Positions 45,490-58,952 of a stretch of DNA of 64,000 nucleotides are shown here, one piece after another (the stretch's first letter is position 1; every line of letters begins with the position of its first letter). Source of the DNA: Bugula neritina (taxonomy: Eukaryota > Animalia > Bryozoa); contig OZ037765.1 in assembly GCA_964035545.1 (NCBI GenBank), positions 25,419,504 through 25,483,503 on the forward strand. Reading direction: 5' to 3'. The position numbers and the translations under genes are program-made. The notes under the pieces were generated by a model, which did not search any database, had not been told where the DNA came from, and saw only the letters and a program-made list of their open reading frames with translations.

Positions 45490-48140
45490 CTACGGTCCAT
45501 GCCATTGGTATTGAGGAGTGTGCAGACTTCCTGGGGTGTAGGTAGCTGCATGATTATTCTGCATGTGACAAGATCTGTTATATTGTAGACTTGGAGGGTT
45601 GCCAGGAATCTGCAGGTTATTCTCTTCACCTCTTCGATCTATGATTGAAGGAATCTGTAATGTAGCATGATGTCGGTTTACATCTTGGCCTCTATACTCC
45701 ACATTATCTGGCTAAAAATATAAAATAAGTTAACACCACACATTACATTGTGCACATAATACTGTATGGCCTTTAAAATTTTGTATGCTAATGAGACTTT
45801 GTCTGTATGACAAGAACACTTTTCGATACAGCGAGTTCATTTGAGATAGCATGCTGAGGTACTGCATAGTAATATGCTTAAGCACCACCAAACTAGCATT
45901 AGCAAGAGTGGTGTCTATCAAAGATGGAATGATGAGAAGTTTATACTTGTCTGAACATGTCTGGTGTCATTTGTCAAAAATGAGATAGAGACACCAGGAG
46001 AATGTGCAAGATGAGTGTAGAAAGAGGAAGACAGCCTATACTATGATAGAGCAGCACCATCAAAACTGGCTTTTAATGGTTAAACCTGAAAGAGGAGGGT
46101 GGGAGGAATCTGGTGTGGAGAAGCCCGGTGGTTGTCAGGTAAAAGGTAAGCACCATTACTCTCTTTCATTAACTTCTTAGATAAACTCTGTGCCTATTAA
46201 ATACTGCAACAATATAAGCTGATTGAATCTTAAAATACAATCTAAAAATAATGTTGTTAATCACAGCATCTGATGGGAAAGAAGTTCTTTGGAGACAGTT
46301 CTCTAAACTAAACATATTGCTGCCACCCAAATGCTGCCAACTCTGATCACAAGTTCTATAGTTTTTTGTACTCTACTGTGACACTCTTAGTAGAAGTTAT
46401 TAGAGACTAGTTCAAAAGCATTACCTCAAAAAAGTCAACACTTGTAGCCCCAATGCTGCTAGAGCTTGATGGCAAAGGAGGAGCTAACATTGGCTGAGCT
46501 CTATAAAAGCCACCAGGTTGCTCTGCAAAGCTATTGATTTCACCAGGTTGGTTGAGGTGCTGGTAGAGTGGTTGGGCAGATGATGTCAGCTCCTCAGGTT
46601 CTTCACCACTATTTTGTTGATTCAGTTTCTTTCTTGACTTTCTTGATCGTCTGTTTTGAAACCAAACCTGCATAACATATATATGTATATGTTGTAGTAG
46701 CATATTGTTGTTTATGATTCAGTACTAATAGATGCAGAGCTTAACAGTAGTAAAGAGGGCCGTATAGCTATTAAGTATTCTAGCTATACGGAATTTAGAT
46801 ACCCACAAAGTACTGATCTTTTTGACCTTGACTAGCTGGTGAGTAACGCCTACACAAGTTCCGGCTAAAATTAACTTTAGAAGTAGAATAGTTAGTGCGC
46901 ACATGCATATTTCTAATATTATAAGTTATTATTTTTCAACCATTGGTTTTTCACAAGAGAGCAAATAATCATGCATTGCTATTATTTAATCTAATGGGCA
47001 GTAGATATGCTTAACGCTGTGCATAAATATTACCTTTTCTATAAAACTAAAACTTCTATTTAAAAAAGAGCTATGCTATTGCATGAGATATGTTTTGAAG
47101 TATAAATTTTAAAGAAATATCGAAGAAAGAAAATTATAAAACGAAACATTGTAGAAAAGTATGCAAATAGTTTAAATACCTGAATTCGATCTTCATCCAG
47201 TCCTAAAGCTTCACTGATGTACATCCTCCGCCTGTAGTCAGGGTACTCATTCTTGTCAAACTCCTCCTTTAAGAAATTAATGACCTCTGGCGAAAAATTA
47301 GTCCTACTTCTGCGTCTACCCTTTGTAGTAGAAGCAGGGTTTTCTTGGGCACTTAATTTTTGTGGTGGTGCGAGAGGTTGTTGTTGTGGACTTGGTGAAA
47401 CTTGCATTGGTGATGCCACAGTCATCTCTGAACTCTCTACTCACAAAAAAAAAATAATTTTTTTCATGGTTTTACTTGATGAAAGTATTTTTGGGCCTAT
47501 TTTAGTAAGATGAGCAGAAGACCACTTTTTTAAAAGACAAAGTTTCGTTTTCAAGCAATTATGCTGTTTCAAGGGATACTGATGGAAGCATTATAATCAT
47601 GTTACGTAGCTATGCATAATTCTAACACTTTTGACTTGTATATAGTAGCCTACTTTTGAATTTTTTTTCAATTTCGGTTCTAAACTAGCTCATTAAAATG
47701 TACCTACTTTGTCTGTAAATACTCGAAGGTAAATAGTTTAAGAAAAACCTCTAAGCCGGGCCTGTCAGTTTTCAAGAACTCAATTAATGTAACTACTAAC
47801 TTACAACTAGATTTTAACCAACATCAAAGCTAGGTTCTAATTTCACCATTGTCCAGCAAACCTTTAGATGCTTATATAATTATACAAGCTGTACAAGCAA
47901 AGTGAAAACTTCTCTTCATTCTTTCCATTTATTTGAAAGGATTTTAGTTATCTATATTACTATTAGAATATTCATTTAATTGCCAAGCAAACATACCAAA
48001 TGAAATTTGTAGTTTTTTAATGTTTAATTGTAGTTCAACAATTTGACAGAGCTGTTTCAAACAAAAATAATATTGGATATATATCAATATACTACGGAGT
48101 TCTTACCTGCCTCCATATTTCTTTCATCACCTTGTTTCAT
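45490..48140 (-). CDS. Divergent PRD-class (paired-like, Q50) homeobox protein
   Basis: Exons 47436-47180, 46667-46425, 45711-45490 (TAG); tentative first coding exon 48140-48107. Homeodomain RRRSRTNFSPEVINFLKEEFDKNEYPDYRRRMYISEALGLDEDRIQ|VWFQNRRSRKSRKK, with the PRD-typical intron between residues 46 and 47. Confidence 0.85.
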
Positions 48141-50049
48141 ACTTCTGAAGATTTATAGCAATGGTAGATTATCAATCTGTTTCCTGTTACCAGCAAGCTT
48201 CAAATGGCAGAATATTGATACAATTTTACAGAAAAAAAATTGTATTTAATTATAAGCATAATGATTCTAAATTTCAAAGCCTTAGGAACTGAGAAAGGGA
48301 ACCCCTCAAATAGTTTTCCATTCATAACAAGAAACCCCTCAAACTTTAGCTTGTAATTTTAGACTATAAATTCTTACTATGATTTGTAAGTGAAATGTAT
48401 TTCTATGATAGTTGTCCATTGTTTTAAAGCAATTTGGTACCTTCAAAGACTATTGCCCAGATAGAGTGCTAGTCATTATTATAACACAATATGTGCTATT
48501 TGGAACTCTGCACCTGGAAATATGTAACAACATGTTGTGAATTCACTAAGGTGATACTTCTGTTTCACACAAATTTGCCTTATAATTTATATTATTTGTA
48601 ATTTGGCCTAAGAAGTTCGAAGAAAAGGTGGAAATATATAAAAAATTACTTTCAGTTTGCTAAGAAATTAATTTATAGAACGTTCTATACTTTTCCTAAT
48701 GAACCAACCAATGAAGGCTTAAATATTTTGGTTTCATCCCACTTAGACGATTTTTTTTATTTTGGTACAATATATATAATAATATACAAATATAACCATT
48801 TGCTAAACATGAAATAAGCTACCAAGCCAGCTATTTGCTTTAACTCAATACTAATTTAGCTACAGTTTATTTTATTTAGAATAACATAATAACAGAATAA
48901 AATGCACAAATGCATTTCATGGTATATCACATACTGCTATTTTACAACTTTTTTCTTATTATATTTTGCCTATCTTTTACCTTTAAGTTTAAGGTTTGTG
49001 CAAGATGGCTTCTTATAGAAGCATTGTTACTGCAAGTGGCTTGCTGGTAGCTTCTTTGCTTTCTATTATTAAATAATAGCATAAAATACATATATTACAC
49101 TAAACTCTATAAATATCGTCTAAGTGAGAAGCATCCATGTGGGATGACACCAATATTTTATCTCAAAGTGTAGGCTCACCGGCAATAAACATGAAGTGTT
49201 AGGTGTAGAAGATACCTAGACCATTATCTACGTTACTACATAATTCTGTAAGTTGATAGGTTCTACAATTGAAAGTTAGCTTCATGGTTACTTTAACTGT
49301 AATTAGGCTAGTAGAAGCTCAACACCAATGGAAATTAGAAAATGAGTTGCATGTAAGGCTAAATAATATATAAATGTTAAATAAGTTAGATTCCAAAAGT
49401 CATATTTATTGCATTTGTATAGAAAATAGGATGAAAAAATAATTAGGATATCAAGGATATCAAAACCCCCCAAAAAGAGCAATAACAGTATAAAATACAA
49501 TCACAAAAAATAACAGAATACATCAAATTAATCACAATTCCCTAAGCAATATCATAGTGCTGTATAAAAGAATGTACCGTAAAGCAGTAAAATAAAAAAG
49601 TATAGAAGCAACTTTTCGTCAATACATTTGGTAATCGTTTGCATAGGATATGAATATATGAACATTTCCCAGAGCAGAAAAGCAAATAATTCCTGATCAA
49701 AAATAACTATGCATATAACAAATGCATGATACTAAACCCAGGTAGTACCTGAGAGGGTAAAAATATAACTAGCGCTTATGATTGCTTGCAAAATTAAACT
49801 TTTAATCTAGAAAACTCCTCTAAAAGTTATCTTGGGAAAAAAAGTTTACAAATGTATCAATGAATAATATACATCGGTGGACCTTATCTTCTACAAATAC
49901 ATATATATTAAGGTTCGCTAGGACAAAAAAATACATCTTAATTAAGGTGGGGCTATAATGAACCTACTTCTACATTAGCTATAACACTCGAACTTTTAGC
50001 CTACAAAGAAACGAGCTGTTTGAAGTCAACTGTCACTGGAAGCCCGCAA

Positions 50050-53000
50050 TCACCGAGACATTTGAACAAGTTCTAAGTCTATCCACTCAGTAATGTCATG
50101 CACCACATCTATTCTCTCCATTTCATTCTCATTAAGGCTCAACAATAAATGCTTAATAGCATATCCTTGATGTGATAGCTCAAATAACAAACAGTACGTA
50201 GGGCTTTCTTGTTTGCCTAGCTCATCAATGTCTCTCTGGGAAAAATTCCTCTCTTCTGTAAAAAAAACTTGATGGTAAAGGATCACTGATTTAAGGCAAA
50301 CTTATAGGGCAGGAGAGGCAAAAACCACAAGCATTACAAGTTATGATGCAATCAATTCCCTTTTGCAATCCTAACAAAGCCAAGCTATAGAAAAGCTTAT
50401 CATAGATTGAACTGAAGTTCAAATCCCACTTTGTCCATGGCTTGTATAAGATAATAAACTGATAGCTTTCACCAAGTGTTTGTGATTATAGTGATCCTGG
50501 TGATCAGCAAATTTTACTTCACAACTTTATTTGACTTACCGCGGACATAAGGAATAAAAAATAATCAAATTTCAATAGAGAAAAACTTAACAATAAATGC
50601 TTTATTTACTGGTGAAATCTACTATACAATACACATATCCTTATGCAGAGGTCAAAATATATTTTAATAGGCATTGAATAAAAATTGGCTTATAAAAAAG
50701 CATTTAAATGTAAATTATTCATAAATGATATGCAAGAACCTACTTGCTAGTCCAATCCAGTTTCTGCCCAGAATATTGTCACAATCCAACACTTCAAGAA
50801 TCTTCTTGGGGATTGTGTAAGCAGGTCTGTTCAGAATTTCTTCTCTTCTTGCATTGCTGTCTGGTGTATTGCTACAGACACCTTGCCAAACGTAGTCTGT
50901 TACTGACTCAGTTTTCTCTAAGCTGATGGACAATAATAACAAGTAACTTCAGTTTACCCTAATAAATATATGTGTGGTGAAAATGCCAAAGCTAAAATTT
51001 TCCGTAACACGTGCATTGTAAAGGGTCTTAATTGGAGTGTTTTTAAAATAGCCAATAACTTAGATGAGCCAAAAATGTTCTACTTTTATACTAAATTAGG
51101 AAAAAATTTAGTTACTAAAATATGCAATTAATTTTACCTTTATTCAACAAGCACGCAGCTGCCTATAATAAATACTCACTACTTAGAGTCTGAAAACTAG
51201 CATTAGTCAAAGTAAAAAGAAGCCTTATTCTGATACAAAACTTACATCACTATTGTAATTATCCTTAAACTATTGTTCAGATCACAGGCTATTTAGAATA
51301 ATCCTTTATCTATAGTTTAAACTAAGATCTAAAATTAAAGGCCTCGGTGAATAAAAGTTTTATTTTGCTGTGAAAAATTACAAGTGCACACTAAACAACA
51401 CACACTAGCAATAGAAAACTTAGAGCGCATTTATGACAGTTGTAAAAGAAAATAAAGTGACAATTTGCTAAATAATATGATGAGTGGTTATATCTAGTAG
51501 GAATAAACTCATCTCAATTCTGGGAAAGTATACTATCAAATTGCTCTGAACAAATTGAAAAACAAGTCACAAATAAATTGAACATAACAAATATGCAAAC
51601 TAACTTGACACCAGAGCAGGATAGAACAGGGGCCTGGTCCAGAATATTGATGGCATGGAAAGGTCTCTCTACACAGGAGTCTCCTAGGGGACATGGAGGG
51701 CCAAATACTGTCTGATGCGGTCTCTTGAAACTCTTGTTGAAGTGATTTATTAGGTCAACCAGATTTTTCACAAATACCCTCTTCGATGTCTTTTCACTGT
51801 TCAAACTAAAGATAACTACTAAGTTAACAACACTGGTGGGAAGTCAGAGTGTTGCAATAACTTGATCAGCTCTATGTATTTCAACTGTCAATATTTCGAC
51901 TCTAACCATTAAAGCAAAAAGTTTGTATATAAGACATTGTTGCATAGGAAATGCTAGCAAAGTAAGTCATGAAACGAAATACCAACTAACCTAATAAGAA
52001 AGAAGCTGAGTGAATGATCTGCTGCGGGTATTGGAACACACTTCAACTGGCTCCATTTTGTGTTGACAGTGCGAAGTACGCAAACATCACAGTCAAACAG
52101 ATCAAACCTACCAACACTTGAGTGGTAGTTAATGTTACTAGTTCTAGCTTTTAGACTGAGCTCATTGAGAAATGCTGTGATGAACAGGAGACACCGGTTC
52201 CCTTTGTATGACATAATGAGGTTTGGAGTCATGTCTACGGCTGGCAAGGCAACTGGAACCGAAGGCCCATCACCTTGCTGGAACTTGGAGATGAGAGGAA
52301 ACTGAAACTGATCTACAATTATAATGACATGCCTGCTACAAACTAAGAACATGGCGCTACAAACTAAGAACATGGGGTGTATCTAACCTTATTTTCTGTA
52401 GTTATTGTAAGGATTGAAATACCATTGCTATTGGTAGGTAGCACCACGTGCAACTCTCTCATTATGCTAATGATTTTCTCCGAGGCTACGCAGTTCAATA
52501 CTCTTTTCAAGTTGGCGTCGGAGACCGTGCCTTGCTCCACTTGTGAGTATTGACCCACGGACAATGTATACAGAGCATCACATATTCTGTGAGGGTGAAT
52601 GAGCAAGGAGTGTCTGATGGTGGCACACGATTTACCAATTGACTTGCTGTAGGACAGGTCTGGAATCAGTAAATTACACGCAGACATTAACAATAAAGTA
52701 TCATACTTTTTTGTGCAGAAGATTTCAAATAATAAACAAGAATTATGTCAACTTTATGAATACAAACTTATTAATCATAAACTCAATGCATGCCACCATA
52801 AAAGAAGAAAAATTTAAAGGTCCACAATTAAGTTCTTAGTCAATTATTCAACAAATAGTTTTTGACTTCATGACAGTAATAAAAAATTAAAATACCTGAC
52901 ACGTAGGCTAGCCCAGCATTATGTAAGTATTGCAGGGTACCAGAGAACATTATTTCAAAGTTGGATTGATCCACCTCAAATCCATCATTTAATGCTCGGA

Positions 53001-56000
53001 GTTGCTCTTCTATGTCATTTGTCTCAATAAATCGAAACCCTTCCTTGTTGTTTTTCTGCGACAGCATTACTGCGATGTATGGATATACAGACACGGGTGC
53101 AGTTTTCAGGACGTTCTCAGACAAGTTTTTCAACTCTCCAAGCAGCCTAGAACGAATGGCAGCTATCTCAGAGCACAAAGCAAATGGATACTGATTGGGG
53201 GAGGTGAGCACCAGTCGATTTTGATGAGGTCTGATTATCTTGTTGATTTTAGATATTAGTGCAGCATCAGGCCCTTGGCCAACATTTGAGAGGACCAACA
53301 AGACTTTACCATCCAATGAAATGCTGTTGGTTTGATTCGCTGATCGCGTGTAGGTGTGAATCTCATCAAGTAAGTTGGAGAGTTTGAGCTCCAACTCTCG
53401 GCTGCAACTAAATGCTTGAGCATCAATCACTATCACATTCATAGAATGCTTACAGAAAATTAGAGGTGAAAGCCATGGATTCAGTAGTTCAGTGTTTGGG
53501 CCTGTAAGCGATAAAATTTCTAGGTGCATTCTGTGAGAAATCCTATCAAACTCTGTCAGGTTTGAAAATCTTCGCAAACTGCCAAAACTAAGAGGGCCAT
53601 CCGAAACATGATCGGGCATGTTGAGCAGAAATTCTCTACTTTCACCTTGTATTGCTGCTTTCTCAAAAATCCTCTCTACTGTTTCGTGCATCTCATAGCT
53701 GCAAGTCACTCCATCAATTGGAGAACTGTTACTACAGTCAGCTGGCAGAAACATGCTTTCTGTTTCAGAAAAACAAGCATGGACATGGCATTCATTTACA
53801 ACGCCACCGTATGGACAAGATGATCTAGTTATGTTCTCAAATATCTGCAAACGTAACTGATCTGCATGATTGGTAGCATGTTTACCAATTCCGTGGAAAA
53901 TAATTCGATAACGACACAAGCGTTCCATGATTTTAACTTGAATACTGGTTCGGGTTTTATGAAGCATTTCTGTGCCTTTCCTTAAAAATTCTGGAGAAGA
54001 TGTTGATTGCCCATGGGTGCTCAGGGGATCTGGTTCCACCAATGAAAACATATCACTTGAATTGTAGGATTGAACAATACTAGGGCGAACTGTGTTGATT
54101 GAAAATGTTCGCTCAAACCTGTTGTTTGTCAATTTTGCTGTTGGTTTTTTTATGGTAAAAGTAATGGGTTGATCTTTGCGTTGGGTTAGTAAATTCTTGA
54201 ACCATACTGTAAACTAAAAAAAACATATATAATATAAGTTGATTACTTAATTGAATTTGAGCTACATGTTGATAGATGAAAAAATAGGATGCAAACAGTT
54301 GGACTTGACCGAACTTAGCGGTGTAGAGTGAGCCCTTACCACTACAATACAAGATCAAACTGAAATAAAACGATTTAAATGTGATTATTAAGCTTGCAGT
54401 TACATTCATTTCGATTAAAAATATTTAGCTGCTTTTAGTCAGACTTAAACTTTGACTGATCGAAAACAATTAAACATATTTAAAATTGTAAATTAATACA
54501 TCCAGATAGATATAAAGTGAAACTAAAAAAATTTGTGAATATTTTGACTTGTTTTCTTCAAAAAGACTAGTTTGGCAGTAGGTTGCAAACTACAAAATGG
54601 CATCTAATGAAGTATGCAACTTTCGAAAGTGACAGGCAATCTTCAAATAAAAATGTTAATAGTACTGCAGAAGCTCTACATATTTAACAAAATAACAAAA
54701 CTGATACACAGTATATTAACAGAACTTCACTTTAGTCAATATTTTAAATGCCTACAAAAAATCAGCCCATAAAAAGAAATTAATATACTTTGGCAGAATA
54801 ATTTACAATATTCTGGTGCTTAGGTTGACTATATCAGTACTTGATTAGGATTTTCCTATATTTACCAACAATTTCCAAATAAAACAATTAGATTTTTGTT
54901 ATAAAAACAACCGGTGTTAGAAAGTTGATAAGAAAAGTGTATCTGAAATGATGCATATAGAATGCAAGGGCACTCACTCCAGATGGTGGTTCAAAGGGTA
55001 CTGGCCTGTCATCTATAGATATTAGCCAATCACCAGGCTCTAAGACTTGCTGAAGTGGATCTATGGAGGCAGAGTGGTAGATCTCCTTTACCATAACCCA
55101 TTTTTTCTACATCAACATACAATAAAATGATATGAAAAAGCATAGATAAGATAGAGAGGACAACTCATCAAACTAATTGGTGCAAAAAATGTTAACATAA
55201 AGAGATTTACGCCTTATAAAAACTACATCCATCAAATACTCAGGGTGTTATCATTAGAACCAGGGGTACATAAATCTAACCAGCATCAAGTATGAAAACA
55301 ACATCAGCTTATTAGTTGAAAAAAATAGGCCAAGTAAAGCAGTATGACTAGAACCATATAATTGTATGAATGCGCTGGGTCAAGTAAATTCAACTGAAAA
55401 AAAAACAAATATTTAAAATCCATCAGTATATAAGAACCATATTTTGACTAATTAGGGTATAGAACTGTATTTGTTGGAATATTGAATCTTATATAATAGA
55501 CAGGGGCAACTCTTTACTTGCATGCCTTCAGTGCATTGCATATAGCTAATTTCCTAAATATATCTAGGAACCTCAAGGTAAATTTCTTCAGCATAGAAAT
55601 GTAAAAATAGAGATGACCAGCTATTAAAACAATGATCTAATAATATATATGTTATGATTAAACTTACATGATGTTGAGCATTTGACTTCTTCTTTTTGAA
55701 CTTGACAGAATTGATAATTAGAGAGGCTGCCTGATAATGAACTTGCATCTCATTTGACCAGATAATGCACACAGGTTTATCTAAAGCTGATGCAACTAGC
55801 TCGCTATACTCTTGGCCAGAGTTAAGTCTAGGAGCAGCTACAGAAAAGCAGAAAAATCCTAAAACTATTTTTCCATAATGACAACGATCTACATCAATTT
55901 GTTTTGAAATTGGAGAAAAAAATTGCTTTATCATAATCATTTACAAATACATGTGCAATAAGTTACCATAACTATCACCGAAAGTTAATAGGCTAAGGTC

Positions 56001-57320
56001 GAGAGAGCCTGTGGAGCTTGGTATAGATGAGATTTCCCCAAGTGACTCTGCTGTTGCATATTTAGTAACTTCTAAATTCCAAGTGCTGAGAGAATGCGCT
56101 TTTGGGCTGTTACAGTAAATCTCTAAAGATGATGTAACACCGTTTACAGCCAGAAGAATGTCACCAACTTGCAAGCCTAGATTAAGATTCGTACCCGAGG
56201 CATTCGTAATTTGATACTAAAATATAAAACACTTGTTTTATAACTTAATTAAATTTTTCTTGCAAAATTTTGAAACAAAGAAATCAGATGCAAGGCTTTA
56301 TATATATACACACATACACACACACAGAGATAGATAAGTAAAAAAAGTGTTCGGAAGACAATAGCTGGTCTGACAAAAAAACTAGGTTTCAAAAAGTCCA
56401 AAATAAAATGCAACAATAGTCTATAAAATCTTAGCCTGCCAATTGTTAATTTAAGATTTTCAGGCTGCAAAAATGCTAAAAACCACTTTTTTACCCATAT
56501 TAAGCTTTGCTTAAATCACATCTGAACTAAAAAACAACTGCTTATGACATGGTGACTAACACAAAATTTAACCACTGAACTCAGATGAGTTGATGGTGGC
56601 ACAAAATCACAGAGTATTTTTCAACTTTCACGACCAAATGCAGGCATTACGATACAAAGAAGCACTTGTTTGACCAATTTCTGCAAGATCTGTAGCTATT
56701 TTTGCATAAACATGACATTTTATCACAAAAAAAGTAAATTTCAAAGCAAAAAATCTGCTAACTCCATTCTGCCTCTTTTCTTATTCATTCTAATAACCAC
56801 ATCTAATATGAAAATATAATGATGTAAATGGGTAATATGTAATGCGATTGATTATATCTAAAACACGACCTCAGACCAATAAACTATTACTGAGATAATA
56901 ATTTAAATTGTATAAGCTCAATTCTTTTGAATCTTCAAACACTGAGGCACTCTTCTAGCAAAACCAATAATTAGCGCACACGTTCTTTATAATTACAATC
57001 ACAAATACAGGTATTCAATTAAACAAATACCTTATGTGATTAACTGAAAATATGACAATTTGTGTTTTAAATGTTCAATAAGAACCAGAGAAAAAGTTAA
57101 TAATATTTTGTACTAAAAAGTTTCACACAGTATTTGCATCTCTAAACTAAAACTTTATCACAAACAATAATATACATGTGCAGCTGTTGGTTTAGCAAGT
57201 TATTGAAAATACACTTACTGTGCCATTTTCTAGTTTTTGAAATGAAAGCCCAAATCGATCATTTTCCTTAGGAATACATATCTTATGAACGCCAGTTGGA
57301 GAAGGTGTATTGGTCGCCAT
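50050..57320 (-). CDS. PDZ-PDZ / degenerate Roc / COR / C-terminal death-domain protein (ROCO-like)
   Basis: 10 phase-consistent exons: 57320-57219, 56216-55967, 55837-55668, 55106-54978, 54213-52896, 52659-52388, 52307-51991, 51805-51605, 50922-50744, 50255-50050 (TGA). PDZ1: DRFGLSF...GLQVGDILLAVNG. PDZ2: LEPGDWLISIDD...PITFTIKK. COR-like: TLQYLHNAGL, LLIHPHRICDAL, IISIMRELHVV..FQFP. Death domain: LDCDNILGRNWIGLAS..FSQRDIDEL..SPTYCLL..MERIDVVHDI. Confidence 0.78.
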
Positions 57321-58952
57321 GGAGGGTCACACTGATCAAATGATTGACTATAAGTGAAGGAGAGTCATTACCAGCTCTGTTGATTAAAGCTATAAATATA
57401 AAGTGAGTCAACAAGCATATGGAAGAAAATAATTTGTAGAAAATTCAGCAAAAACCAAGACAGTAGCAACCAATCAATAAGAACCAAAGTTATTGTAAAA
57501 AAAAAGTACATAAAAAAAGCTCCAAATTTGAAAATGTGAGTGTCGGCCACATGATTGAAATAAAATAAGCAAGCTTTGATGTTAGTTTAAGAAAATTTTT
57601 AAATATTAATCAAAGTTTACATAGTAGTTAAATTGAACCAGGCACCCATACAAATACCTAGTATTTATGTGGATAATTCAACTGCTTAAAAAGTAAAAGT
57701 TATTTAATTTCATGATAATCATATCTACATTGACACTGTCTATATTACAATAAATATTGATACTCCCTTATCAAAATAATGTACCCAGTACCAATCATTC
57801 ACACCTTTCTTTAGCTCAGAGTCAGTTTTAATAAGAGTTACTAACTGCTTATGCTGACTAGGAACTGAGTGTCACGGTCAGAATTAGTTTAGCATGATTC
57901 ACACGAAGCTTATTGACATTAAACTATAATAGCAAAAATCAAAGAATTACAATTCAATTACCACATTTCCAAAAATAGTTATTATTATACAGATTATCAA
58001 AATAACAATAGCAATAAACTTAAATCAAGATGTGAATAATAAACTAAAATATGAATGTCATAATACTAACTATTATAATTATATTACTAATGCTAATAGC
58101 AATATTAAATTTAATACCTAACATAAACACCATTTTCAGGTTTTGTCATAACTCATATAAAAACAAGAAACTATCATTATCATATGGCGATTATCATAAT
58201 CAATGGAATACTTAATGTTTTAGAATTTTACATTTCAGTCGAATTTAAATTATCAATATGAATATGAATATTCATATTGGGCATGCTTACAGGGCATAAA
58301 CTGATAAAGAGAATTGGCTACATGAGTGCTGAAGGCAAGATGAAGAGAAAAAGAAAACCCAAAAACACCAGACTCAGCGTATGGATACCATAACTATAAT
58401 TCTAACTAAGATGAAGATTAGAAATAAATATTCATTATTCATATAAATGCGTAGAAATTGAATAGCATTACTATTAGTATAATTAGTATGACTATTACTG
58501 TAACTGAGTATAAATATTACTATTAGTACTACTACTAGGCTATTAGTATTAGTAGTACTATCAGTATCACTATCAGTAGAAGTATAAGTATTACTATTAG
58601 TATTACTATTACTAATAGCAATACTAATAGTAATAGTATTACTATTACAGTATTAGTACCAGTGACCTGAGACCGAGGACAGAGACCGTTAAGTTTGAAC
58701 TGGATTCTCTATATAAATGTTTTAGTTTGTTAAGTTTTATCCTGAACTTTGAAGCTGCAAAAATATTAATATCAAATTTAATATCAATATGGTTATCTTT
58801 ACCATTATATTTATTAAGATCTGATAAGTGATTATTAATATTTATATTAGGACATTGATAGGTACGTAGATTTTCAGGAAAACACTAACAGCAACTTATT
58901 GGATACGCAAAAATAAAGTAGCTGGATTTAAAATTAGTTTTACTGGGTGAAC

